The position numbers and the translations under genes were made by a program. The notes beneath the pieces were generated by a model, which was not told where the DNA came from, did no database searches, and was given only the letters and a program-made list of their open reading frames with translations. Of a stretch of 64,000 bases of DNA, positions 8,801 to 20,331 are shown piece after piece (the stretch's first letter is position 1; each line of letters opens with the position of its first letter). The stretch spans positions 17,050,001-17,114,000 of the forward strand of contig NC_086384.1 of the NCBI RefSeq assembly GCF_036588685.1, read 5' to 3'. Origin of the DNA: Mytilus trossulus (Eukaryota).

Positions 8801-11374
8801 CTACATCGTCTAGAAAATTGCTTCGGACGCATTACATTCTTATTGTTAAATCACCTTAATACCTTCATTCAAAGGCAGTATGTTTTTATTAAACTGAATT
8901 CCCTATGATGCAGTTGTGCAAAATTGTTAAAACAAAAAAGTCATAAAATGTTTGAAAGTTTTACAATAACAACATCAAAAAGACGGAAATGATGTAAAAA
9001 TTATGCGATTAAAAATTTAAAACAAAGATCGAATTAACAAATGGATTTAATAAATGACATAAAGTAGGATAAAAATCTATACGATGATGATTATACCATG
9101 TATACATTACTATAAGGGTATCATATATTTGTTAAAATGTTTATGTTCAACACCCATTGTTCAAAGGATAAAAATCATACTTAAATCCTATGTTTCTTGT
9201 AATATATTTGGACCTTATTTTTTGTGATGAAATGAGATAGGTTAATTGACTTTATATTTTCAACTTGTTTTTCATGTATTAATAATATTTTCTGTTTGTT
9301 TTCCAATAGATACAGCAGTTGGTCTCCGAATTTCACGTTGAGAGATGCTGACCGGAATCCAATATTGAGAATTCATGGCCCATGTTGTGTTCTCAATATG
9401 CCATGTTGTGAAGATACATTTAATGTAAGCTAACTATTCAAACTGTAAATGCAAAAATGGGTGTGCACATTTATTAATGCGTTTGTTGGCGCGATAGACC
9501 GAAAGTCGAGAATAATTATTGAAATTATAGAAAAAGCTGCATAAAAATGTTTATGTCAGATTTCAAAATGCGATTTCTTATTTTTGCGATCCGATGAGAA
9601 TTACAAATATAACATCAAAACTAAATACATCAACTTGGGATAGAAAAGTACCATATCACGTCTTATAATAATGATCCCTTCAAAATACCGAAAGTCAACA
9701 CTGTTTAGACTAGCAGTTCCTGCTCCAATAGTGACTTCCGTTACATAAATGACATTGCTTTCCTACCTTTACAATGATTGGTGAATTGGTTTTAAGTTAT
9801 CATTTCATTATTGAATGCAAAATGTCAACAATATTTTCAATTGTTGCCGTCAGTTTTTGTTTAAACATTGATCAATTTATGAACACAATTTGTTATGATA
9901 TCAAACAATCAAATAGTATTGAAGAAATGAAAATATTGTTGATAATAGTGCAGTTTTATTTAATATTTAAATACAACATTCAGGTATGGTCACAAGATGA
10001 TACACAAGAAGTTGGAACAATCTGTAAACAAAAAGGTTTACAAGAATTCTTTGTGGATGCTAACACATTCGGAGCAACATGTAAGTATTCTATTTATGTA
10101 AAAAAAAATATCTCAATACTGATCAAATTCATTAGAAGTATAACTATTTGAGGTATTACAATAGTAGTAGTAATTGTAGAACAAATCCCAATTAAAATGA
10201 TTAACGCGCAAACAACACGTGTATCCTGAATTATTGTCGTAAGACGCTAATTTATGATAGTGTAGCAAGACAAAATATCCAATATATTGACACACAAAAA
10301 TGAGAGTCATTGCCTGTCGAGGTGCATTGTACCATCTGAGGAAAAAATGTTTGATTGAGTTATATTTTTCACTACCAAATACGTTTGTTCGTATCCGACT
10401 ATAATTAATCAATCCCATTGATATGTTCTTCCTTAATATATGTGATGCATCCTTAATCGACAGTTTGAATTAATTTTATCAACACTGTTGAATAAGGATT
10501 TAAATTTTACAACAATTTCTTCTGTATCATATTGACATTTTGGCAAATTAAGACGACAGTAGTTCATCGGTGTTGAAATCTCGTATATCGTCAATGAATA
10601 CAAATCAAAGGGAAAAAGGGAAGGGATTGTACGGCCTAAAAACAAGAACGGGTGTGTCGATATGACAAAAGAGGGACAAAAGATACCAGAGGGACAGTCA
10701 GACTAATTAATCGAAAATAAACTGACAACGCCATGGATAAAAATGAAAAAGACAAACAATAGTTCATATGACACATGATAAGCTAAACCTCTATGTCAAT
10801 TCATGTCGATTAAAAAAAATGCGAATTTTTTTTCTAATCTTCCTTAAATTAGGCTACAGCGGATCAACCAGACAAATGTTTTTGTTACAAGTTTATAAAA
10901 GTGTTGTATCTCGAAAAATGGTTTTAGTCTTATATATTCTATGTTGTAGTCCCACGAGATCTTGATGTAAAGGTGAAAGCAGCAATGCTTGGAGCAGTAT
11001 TCTTAATTGTAAGTAAACTGTTATTGATTGTAAAATCTATTAACATTTTGTTCTATATTTTCTTAATAGTCTCACTATTAGTTCTGTAAGCATCAATTTC
11101 TATTCTTTTATTTTCTACCCGAAATTTTTTTTCACTCTGTAAGTAAATATATTTGATTAAAATAAAATGATTAATAAATTATAGCAGAAAATAATTTAAC
11201 GATATACTTTCGGACATTATGTTGGAGAGGAGAATATACATATAAAATTATGAAATCCCATACATGTCCACAAGAATGCATAGCTTTATCAAATATATTG
11301 CATACTGTATGTACCAATACCAATGATTTTTGCAGGACTTTATGTACTTCGAGAAATCCGGAGGGAAACGATAA
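2725..11374 (+). CDS. PLSCR: Phospholipid scramblase (spliced; exons 2725-2850, 3630-3707, 6727-6803, 8305-8435, 9310-9424, 9984-10080, 10950-11008, last exon 11336-11374); 5' end unresolved
   Basis: Exons join in phase to ...[65 protein letters not shown]../[47 protein letters not shown]../..[34 protein letters not shown], a classic Scramblase domain. Confidence 0.95.
3130..3420 (-). repeat. Degenerate interspersed repeat (PLE-derived 3'-end family with twister remnant)
   Basis: Reverse complement contains aacccgccc...cctgtccctagtcaggagc; related copies at 25615-25900, 59215-59480 and 39160-39540. Confidence 0.6.
3630..3707 (+). CDS. PLSCR: Scramblase coding exon B
   Basis: ttgcag/ ... GAAG/gtattc; [26 protein letters not shown]. 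Confidence 0.93.
4122..4691 (+). mobile_element. tRNA-headed (Pol III) SINE-like element in partial tandem, flanked by (TA)n
   Basis: 4122-4246 is repeated at 4567-4691 (period 445). The head at 4530-4623 has an A-box-like GGTGGTCATGTGG and B box GGTTCGAATCCC. (TA)n runs lie on both sides. Confidence 0.7.
5358..5490 (+). pseudogene. Highly decayed PLE RT relic
   Basis: [29 protein letters not shown] resembles the PLE motif DKRDDFNFPIVNFPFLSSNIP..YGVYISQLIRY. Confidence 0.55.
6727..6803 (+). CDS. PLSCR: Scramblase coding exon C (GC donor)
   Basis: tttcag/ ... CAG/gcaagt; [26 protein letters not shown]. Confidence 0.9.
6845..7132 (-). mobile_element. Inverted 3'-terminal ~290 bp of the Naiad-like element
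   Basis: Reverse complement of 7911-8198 and 1320-1608. Confidence 0.85.
7623..7689 (+). promoter_or_regulatory. SECIS copy (helix II more degenerate)
   Basis: AUGAU (7634)...AAA CCC-CUAAC-GGG...UGAU (7676). Confidence 0.6.
7875..7965 (+). ncRNA. P5-type twister-like ribozyme, core intact
   Basis: GGCUAGAG/CUCUGGUC; GGGG-GAGGG; UAA-CCCC-GC-CGCAUUUUUGCG-CCUG-UCCCAAGU-CAGG; predicted cut U7918/A7919. Confidence 0.72.
8305..8435 (+). CDS. PLSCR: Scramblase coding exon D (Cys-rich palmitoylation motif)
   Basis: gacag/ ... GA/gtaagt; [43 protein letters not shown]. Confidence 0.93.
8579..8624 (-). ncRNA. Type I hammerhead ribozyme within a ~220 bp repeat (8540-8755)
   Basis: Reverse complement GAGCGUCA CUGAUGA GUC-GUUUGUA-GAC GAAA C-GCCU-GUC UGGCGU. 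Confidence 0.75.
9310..9424 (+). CDS. PLSCR: Scramblase coding exon E
   Basis: aatag/ ... AAT/gtaagc; [38 protein letters not shown]. Confidence 0.92.
9984..10080 (+). CDS. PLSCR: Scramblase coding exon F
   Basis: attcag/ ... T/gtaagt; [32 protein letters not shown]. Confidence 0.92.
10950..11008 (+). CDS. PLSCR: Scramblase coding exon G
   Basis: ttgtag/ ... ATT/gtaagt; [20 protein letters not shown]. Confidence 0.93.
11336..11374 (+). CDS. PLSCR: Scramblase last exon variant a ([12 protein letters not shown])
   Basis: tttttgcag/GAC TTT ATG TAC TTC GAG ... TAA. Confidence 0.85.
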   Translation, partial: DFMYFEKSGGKR

Positions 11375-12063
11375 TATGTATATATACATTTATATCAAAT
11401 AATTGTATCGTTACCCTATACACCTATGTGCGCTTTGTGTTTTATGTTAGGTTATTAAGATATGAGCATAATTCATCATAACAACATTATATCATTTTGT
11501 ATACACTTCATTATCTATGTTGGCTGTTTTGGTCAATTGTTTTCAAATCAACATTTACATATACGTTGTTATGTTTGTAGTTAGTTGCATTTGATGTTAG
11601 CATGTTCCATTTGATATGTTTTCCTTTTTATTGTGAATGTGTCTGTAGCTAGTCAGCAGAAGATGTTGTTGAGTTAGATAGTTTTTTCGAGTAACATAAA
11701 GTAAATATTGTAATTGGTTTCTAAAGTTTACAAGTATGTGTATGTAACATTACAACTAGGAGTTTAGTGAGATCCATTAAAGTTCTACCATAAACTTTAG
11801 TTAAGGACTCTCCTAGTACAAATAGGATATTAATAGTTACATATAATAGAAATTGAAATTCTGATTTATACTAATACCTATAATTTAGATATCAAGATGT
11901 GTACTGAAGGATCTAGGATTTGTTCAACATGAATATTAGAAAAGTCATCATAAAAAAAACATTTATTACATTCCTAAATAATTTATTGCGCTCTTTGCCT
12001 TTTTATAAAATAAATAAAAATAAATAAAATCATCATAGATACAAGAATCAAAATTTTATATTT

Positions 12064-12109
12064 ACGCCAGACGCGCGTTTCGACCACAAAAGACTCATCA
12101 GTGACGCTC
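12064..12109 (-). ncRNA. Type I hammerhead ribozyme within repeat 12028-12335
   Basis: Reverse complement GAGCGUCA CUGAUGA GUC-UUUUGUG-GUC GAAA CGCGCGUC UGGCGU; one stem II mismatch. Confidence 0.7.
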
Positions 12110-13157
12110 GTATGAAAATGTTTAAAAGGCTAAATAGAGTACTAAATTGAAGAGCATTGAGGACCAAAAATTCCTAAAATGTTTGCCCAATACAGCTAAA
12201 GTAATATATTCCTGAGGTAGAAAAGCCACAGTTTTTCAAAGTTTTGCTTACAGTTAATTCAAAACTATGAACACAACTCAAGTCAACATATGAGTGCTGA
12301 CTACTGGGCTGGTTATACCCTTGGGGAAATAAATCTCAACCACCAAAACACTTTATGTACAGCATTCCATCAAGTATCCCTGTTACACAAAATAATTACT
12401 AAATATCAATGGAGAATATTCAGTAAAACATATTTTATTTGATATAATTTCTTTATAAATAATCATAATTTTATATCCAATTTTATCGATGTAAAGATAC
12501 ATCTACTACACACAATGTGTCGTGAAATTTACGGAGAAAAATTCGCTATCGATTCATTGAATGAAGCTAACATGTGAATTTGTGAATGAGATACAGCGTG
12601 GTTACTGTTTCTAATACTTTTGGTCATTTTATACCCTTGGAATAATACAAACTTTGGGAAATATCGGATAACATTAAAGACTGGTAAGTTACATAATAAT
12701 AATGTATAATAATTGAAAACGTTTGTGTCTATAATCTTTTGTTCAGAAAATTCAATAACAAACTTAATTAACTAACCCGTGATCTTGACCTTTATATTTT
12801 TAAACATAACAATTATACTCACTTTACTAATATATATGGTCTTATAGTTTCACATACAAAAGCTTCGAGATATAATACGTAGAATATGTTTTTTTGTTGA
12901 ATCATTGATAAAAGTGAAATAGTGAAATAATGATTCGCTTTTAGCAGTCAGTTTAATATTGGCAATATGAACATAAACATCGCTGATGAATCATTCACTT
13001 GCAAGTAAATAATTCGGCTCCCCCCCCCCCCCCCCCCCCGGAATCTGTATTCATAGGATCTGCAATTTAATCCTTTACCTAGAGATTTGTAACGCGTGTA
13101 TAAAACGTGTTCCGCCATAGACTATATTCTTGTTTTGCTTTCTAACTTTTTTTATCT

Positions 13158-13203
13158 GAGCGTCGCTGATGAGTCTTAAGTAGATGAAACGCGCGTCTGG
13201 CGT
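13158..13203 (+). ncRNA. Type I hammerhead ribozyme
   Basis: GAGCGUCG CUGAUGA GUC-UUAAGUA-GAU GAAA CGCGCGUC UGGCGU; G10.1-U11.1 wobble. Confidence 0.72.
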
Positions 13204-13606
13204 ATAAACTTATAAGCTTTATACCTTTGCTAACTATTTGCATACTGGCAAATGTCTAACTTAATCTTGTTACTGTACATGTACAACATCATTTGCCAAT
13301 GACGGATCTAAGTAGTAATGTTAGTGTAAACAAACATTGGTTTGAAATTTTTAATTCTTTTATGTAAAAATGTTGATTAAGAATCTTCAACTCATCATTA
13401 TAGTTTTAAAATATTGGCGATGACACATTCGTTATCCAAGTATATAGCATAAACAGTGTTTAGATTATAATGAAAAGTTTCCATTAAGCATGCATATTTG
13501 AAATACATCTAAAAAAAAATATGCAGCAGCGCTATACTCATGTTATAAAAATTTAATTCTGATTAATATGAATTTGACGTGTCATAATGCTTTTATTATT
13601 TTTCAG

Positions 13607-13636
13607 GACTTTATGTACTTTGAAAGAAAACAATGA
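13607..13636 (+). CDS. PLSCR: Scramblase last exon variant b (DFMYFERKQ*)
   Basis: tttttcag/GAC TTT ATG TAC TTT GAA AGA AAA CAA TGA; same phase as variant a. Confidence 0.75.
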   Translation, partial: DFMYFERKQ

Positions 13637-14699
13637 TAGGCCACAGTCCATTGAAATTATATAGCTGTATGTTACAGTGGAAGAATATGGAACTCATCAA
13701 AACATCCTGGTTTTACTTATCTAAACGGTTTCATTCATCGTCTATTTCTAGTCGGACTTTTTATTTGGATCTTTGGTTTAAGAATGGACTTAGTTCTTAC
13801 ATTGTAATAAATAGTTTTGATTTGTAATCATTCATACTTAAGTTATTTCAGAATGTTTTCAAACACTTGAAACAGATGATTTTATTTAATTTCTATTTTG
13901 TACATTATTTCAATGATTTAAGGTAAATAGAACAATTATATAGACTCTACTAGTGTATTCATTAAAATAGGACATTCACAAATTGAAATAAACAATTAAT
14001 AATTAAAAAGTCCAGGGTTCAAGAACGATAGGTCATTCAATTATGAGACTGCTTATATATCATATTTATTCTTAAAGGCGACAATTGAACAAGATTTAAA
14101 TGACGTCACCACACTAATAATACAAATTATATGAATCAAGATCGGCAGTTAAAGGTTTTTTATTAATGATCATATAAAACATTATTAATTAGATAATAAT
14201 AGAACCGAAAATGTACATTCAAATTATGAATATGTCAAGAATTAAGAACGGGTATCTCATGACGTATACGTGCACATTAAAGTCAATTTGTATTCAGTGT
14301 CTTTAGTGCGTTCATGACCTTTATATAAAAGAAATGGCCGTACAAGGACAGGAGATTGGAAGTAATTAAGATACTCAATGCATCCTTTTCTTCTCTAATA
14401 GTCATCTTTTCATAGTCCTTGTTTAGTTTACCTGTATTTCACATTTCGTTTTATTATTTTGGTTCTGTAAAATCGTACTAACCGAAAACAATTACTTATA
14501 CTAATTTGTTAACCTTCAAATCATTATATGGAAATGTGTCATGTTCTCAAAAATGTACAAGTGCTAGTCGTTTCAGTATTGTATACCATATGTGCCATAA
14601 TTAACCTAGTGATACCAAACGTCTATAAATCTTGTTGTTTTTCGTTCTTTATGTTATACATTTTTTCATGTAAACGAAAAAACATAGCGATAAAATCAT

Positions 14700-14950
14700 A
14701 ATTATAAATTAACTGTTAACAAAACTTGGATTCTTTTAAAACTAAGGCTTTTCTAATTCAGGAATTGGTGAATTTAGCTGTATTTGGCAAAACTTTTAGG
14801 AATTTTGGGTCCTCAATGCTCTTCAACTTCGTACTCTATTTGGCGTTTTAAATATTTTTTGATTCGAGCGTCACTGATTAGACTTTTGTAGACGAACCGG
14901 GCGTCTGGCGTAATTATAAAATTTTGATCCTGATATCTGTGATGAGTGTA
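14700..14950 (+). repeat. Hammerhead-family repeat with inactivated core (14866-14911)
   Basis: CUGAUUA and GAAC instead of CUGAUGA and GAAA; flanks match the other copies. Confidence 0.7.
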
Positions 14951-16462
14951 TTATATAAGGAGATATTTATTTATTTTGAATTATATCTTTAACTGAGTAG
15001 TTCAATTTCAAAACTTAAAAAAGATATTGTATATAATCAATATACTTCTTAGAAAAAAACAATTGTCTAATTTTTTGATTTTCAAAAAATGTAATGAAAT
15101 GGAATTGGCATGAAGGAACTTTAATGTAAAAGTACGAGGACTATTTGAATCATTATCTTGTCTCTAATTGTAACAAAACTAATAATTCATATAAGTAAAT
15201 AATTCATTTCATTAAAAATGTATGTAACTGCAATTGGACATGTAACGAATAATGACCATAAAATAGAATAGTAGTCACAGCTTCGTACATAACTTAGTAA
15301 GCAATATACAAAGATTCTTTCATACTATATAATACATCACTCTTAAACAAATATAATTATTCGAAACAAGTTGTCAAAATCAATTAGAAATATAGCATGT
15401 CCTTAAAACCTACTACCATGAAAAGTGTGTGACTAAAACGGATTACGGAGATTATTAACTATTTATTAAACTAATTCTATTTTCCCTTTGGAATATGCTA
15501 GTTCAATATGGAAATCGATTATAAACAGCAGGAGTAATGATAAGTACCTGAGAGAAATATAATCAAACAAACATATTTAACAACAAAGACGTATTTTCAA
15601 TACACACTCAACGTCGGGACAAAACAGTCTCACGAAATGCTTTATAGAAAGACAAGTTTATATGGTCCAATGTGACATGTACATTACGTAATCCAGTTGT
15701 TCATTTTTTTTTTATTAAATTGTTAAATAAGTATGTAGATTTAGCATTCTAGTCTGTGTAGTCTGTGTAAATTTTGTAGGAGTTATTTTGTATTAATGAG
15801 GAACAAAACCTGGAAATAAACATGTATCACAATTTTTCTTTGTGTATTGTTGAATTGTGCGCCTTCTATCTGTGATAAATTTATATAATCTTTGCATGTT
15901 TGTTTTCTAAATAAATATGTTCCTTTTTACGCTTTATTTATTTGTGCTATTTCTCCAAAATACTCATACCGTGCTACTTTGGTCTAGGTACCTGAGTATA
16001 CAGACAAAGTAAACCACCTCTCTTATTTGATCGCCGTCCATTATGTTCGGTCCTATTATCTAAAAATGCAATTAAAAGTCGACTGTATAATGCGAATGTC
16101 CTGTAATTTAACGTTTAACTTGTAAGGAGCCCCGAAATAAACCGGGAACCGATCCTTAGTTACGTATAACACAGACACTTCATAACAGTCAACCAAACAA
16201 TAAAACGGTCAGATAAACTTCAGAACGGATGGCTTCAATTCTAATTTTAGAAACTTACCCTGTAAGCAACAACTCTCTATCAAATAATTTTAAAAGAAAA
16301 CAAAATCCCCTGATTATCTCATCATCTTGGAGATATTTCTTCAGTACAGACGCTGCTGAATATTCTCCGAGAGGTATATATCATTATAAATGGTATTTGA
16401 ATAACGCTACACAGAGATGGAATTTTAATAATTTATGTTGTCAATTTGGGCACATGAGTTCA

Positions 16463-16758
16463 CCTCAGTTTTTGGTAGGGTTTATGCTCCTCAGTTTTTG
16501 GTAGGGTTTATACTCCTCAGTTTTTGGTAGGGTTTATACTCCTCAGTTTTTGGTAGGGTTTATGCTCCTCAGTTTTTGGTAGGGTTTATACTCCTCAGTT
16601 TTTGGTAGGGTTTATGCTCCTCAGTTTTTGGTAGGGTTTATACTCCTCAGTTTTTGGTAGGGTTTATACTCCTCAGTTTTTGGTAGGGTTTATGCTCCTC
16701 AGTTTTTGGTAGGATTTATGCTCCTCAGTTTTTGGTAGGGTTTATACTCCTCAGTTTT
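16463..16758. repeat. 26-bp minisatellite, about 11.4 copies
   Basis: Unit cctcagtttttggtagggtttat(a/g)ct. Confidence 0.95.
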
Positions 16759-16826
16759 ATGGTTTCTGTATAGTGTTACTGTCATTTCCTGACACGTCCT
16801 TGATTCTACATGCCTTATGGTAGTTC

Positions 16827-17382
16827 AGGGGTATACCGCCATATTGAATTGTACAATCACAGTACATACTCAGTCTAGTTCTTTGCACACAGATTTGCAA
16901 TTTACTGCTTACACTGATTATTTATATATAGAAAATTTATTGATTCATTGCATTAACGAAAATGTTTTAACAAATACCAAATATTTGTGTATTTTATAAT
17001 CAATTTTTGAAATAAGCCATTTAAGGGGAGTTAACTCTTTTAGAACAAAATGTATACTGGACATATTGGGAAATTTCATTTTTTACTTGTAGCAAGAAAA
17101 CAAGTTCAGTGACACCATTTTTTCCTTCTATTTTCTTAAAATATAGTATAAAACCTATCTTCTCATATTACATTATATTTCAAAATTCTGTCTTATTTTC
17201 TTTTTATGCACAAAAATGTGTTATTTTATAAACAATCTAAGCAAAGTTTGGCAATTTTGAACGACTCATACCATGAAAAATAGCGCGGCGACCCATACTT
17301 TTAATATTTGTTTGAAAAAAGCATAGTAAAATCTCGATTATGACAAAGAAGAAGAAAATTCTGTCATTTTTTTCTATACCCC
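16827..17382. mobile_element. Non-autonomous DNA transposon (MITE)
   Basis: Ends ggggtata...tatacccc flanked by ttca/ttaa (imperfect TTAA target duplication). Confidence 0.45.
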
Positions 17383-18375
17383 TTAACTACCTGAACCAAC
17401 TAATATTTACATAATTTTCGTTTGACAACATATACAATAGTTTTAAAAGGTTGCTGATAATTAAGTTGGTTTGCTAAAATATGCTTCCACCTAAATGAAT
17501 CATATTTACGTTAATACAAGTGTCGAAGTTTATGCGATATTGTTCAGGTCACCATGAACTACTTGACTGCTCTCCCTAGTCTGTCAATATTTCCAAACTC
17601 TAAAACTACTTAACTATACTATAAGAAGAGTTTGTACCTATTGGTCAAGTACATCTTATTGACTATTAGTATATAATATAAAAAGGTATGATTTGATTTC
17701 CAATGAGACAAGCCTTGTTTTTCTTCTTTTTTATCAACCCATATATTGTAGCTTTTCTCCTATATGTATTCTACTGTAAATGCAAAAGTTTTCATTGGTT
17801 TGTATGTTTTTCATAAAAAAGAAACTGCACTACGTTTTACGTGAAGCTTTTCACTTCAACGATTGAGAGTCAAGTTTCATTCCGTGCGTATGAATAACGA
17901 TTGAAAATACTACTTTTCTCGATATTTGAAAATGCATGAGTCTAGGACATCCATGAACAAGAATGAATAGTATGTCTCAGTGTTAGCTTGAGTGTCTCCA
18001 ATCTTAAAAGTTTATCAAATACTGGTAGATCATTGTCTTCCCAATGAATTACGGAACTCTTCTGAAACATGCATAGTATTAAGCATTTATTCCTTTTTCT
18101 TAAAGTCCTTAAAATTCCATTGAAATAATTTAATCTTAGGTAAAACCTTAACAAACATAATTTGTCTGAACACTAGAACAGTATTTGGAACATGAGACTA
18201 GATTGCAACATTAGAAAAAGTATATTATGTGCTTTAATACAAAATTTTTCCATATACCTATATTCATCTGCTCATTTCTTACAAAAAAGTATATTGTGCA
18301 CAGAATATTACATCTAACGAAATATACCATTGTAAAAGTATTGAACAAAAGGCAGAGGTTGAGCGAGAAAAATTA

Positions 18376-18570
18376 AAAGTTAGAGGTTTAGCGCTAAAGA
18401 ACCAGGTTCAATCCACCACTTTACATTTTAAATGCCGGTACCAAGTCAGAAATAAAACAGTTGTTGTCCATTACATTCGTTTGATGTGTTTTGTTATTTG
18501 ATTTTTCCATGTGATTAGGGACTTTCCGATTGAATTTTTCTCGAAGTTCAGTATTTTTTGTGATTTTTTT
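18376..18570 (+). repeat. Repeat family with degenerate twister-like motif (same family as 30005-30430 -, 26585-26718 -, 20815-20920 +)
   Basis: GAGGU-UUAGCGCUA-AACCAGGUU-CAAUCCAC...CCGGUACCAAGUCAGA followed by the shared tail ttcagtatttt(t)gtgatttt. Confidence 0.6.
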
Positions 18571-20283
18571 TTTTTGGTATTGGAGATAAAAATGGATAAT
18601 TGTTCTTTGTTTGGACATTAACCTATCTCCGATCCGTCGGATAGTGTATAACTTGTGTAAATTGTCTTCATACACCTTACAAATCTATTCCTGCATATCA
18701 TATATATAAAATAGTAAGTATGGATGTGAAATTTTATGTATAAACAGCGTGTTTAATGTTAACATGCAGGTAAAGTAGTGATATGGTCCGTTTGAGAGGA
18801 CAAAAAATAGTATTTCTAGATCTCAGTCTGTCAAAATGTATTATACCCTCACTCTACATAAAAATGAACATAAGTTGAGTGACAGTCTGTAGATCTTTCT
18901 ATGACTTTGATATCACTTATTTAAAAAAAATTAGCACTTATCCCAATATCAAAACAGTACACTATAATAGGTTTTTGATAGATCAGTTGTGATTTTTGAA
19001 TTTGCTTTTTCTGTGGTAAATAAATTTCCTATGATATTTATAGATTATCGTTGAATATCACAACCAAATTGATTTTATCGCTTGCGCCGGTACAGCGAAA
19101 GTGAGAAAAGCAATCGAGTTGAGATGATATGATAATCTGTTGATTGCTGTATTAACAATGACGACGTTGTCAATTTAATGTCGATTGCAAAAGCAACGCC
19201 ACGTGCCCCTTAGTTTCTAGCGATAATTCATTTTCACTCGACTCCGCTTGGAAAGGAAAAAATAAGTCAGCAAGATCAGAGAAAAATGTCGTAAACTAGT
19301 GTTTAAACTGTTTAGTCGAACTATTGTTTGTTATATGTTTGTCTTGGTTTACTAATAAAAGTCATTCTGGCCGGCAGTTCGATACAGTTTTATATGAATT
19401 CTTCGAATGATTTATAACTTGTTTATAAAATCCGCTAATGCAATCCGTATTCAATGTTATGACTTTCGGTCTCTTTAAGTTTTTCATTACCCTTATTTAA
19501 TCATGATTTTACGAAATGGCAAGCAAAATAAAATAAACCACTCCTTCAAGGATAAGCACTCGTTCAAAAGACCTCATTCTTAACAAAGATTCGACCGCCA
19601 TCAATCGGAATTTCTCTTGTAAAGTAAAAAATAAAAAATTACGACTATGTGGTAACATCAATGTTTTGCAAAACATTATGTACTTCGAAAAGTAGGTAGG
19701 ACAATGTTAATATGTACATATACATTTGTATTACATAATTGTATTTTGTTAAACCATTTATCCTACACACTTAAATGGGCTTATTGTATTATGTTATTTG
19801 TATACGTAGAAGCATTTATAGTTAATCATTACAAAGTTCTATCCGTTTATAACTATATCGTATACATTTCATTTTTGTACCGTAATTAGCAATGTTTCCA
19901 ATGTAAACAATTATGACCACATATTGTCTAGACAAGTTAAAAATAAGATTACTATACTTTAGTTTGGAGTTTTATTTCTTTTTCATTACTGTTGACTTAG
20001 AATCCTAAACTCATTAAGTTTTTAAATTTTCAAGCATTCATTAAAAAATTATAAAGCAAAGCACAATTTAGTTGAATACGGTTATTTTTTTTTAAGAATG
20101 TATATTCGAAGAAGAAATAGTCATACTATCATGTTGGGAGTTGTCTCTTTGGCAGTTATAACATATTTTCTCCTTTTTTACAAATAATACACAAACAAAT
20201 ATGTATCAGCAGTGTACTCCTGGTATACAAGATTTGTTTTAATTTTGAACAAGACATGTCATATTACTTTTGATATTTTTCAG

Positions 20284-20331
20284 GACTTCATGTACTTTGA
20301 AAAATCATCTGGAGGAGCCGCAGGCTATTGA
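20284..20331 (+). CDS. PLSCR: Scramblase last exon variant c ([15 protein letters not shown])
   Basis: tttttcag/GAC TTC ATG TAC TTT GAA ... TAT TGA; the following ~400 bp is homologous to the 3' UTR of variant b. Confidence 0.7.
   Translation, partial: DFMYFEKSSGGAAGY

Noticed and set aside
13634-13636. Sec read-through of the TGA stops of last exons b and c
   Set aside because: The SECIS copies are upstream or intronic; none was seen in those 3' UTRs, and exon b's TGA is followed directly by TAG.
16463-16758. Regular repeats as a possible CRISPR array
   Set aside because: Head-to-tail units with no unique spacers, in a eukaryotic context.
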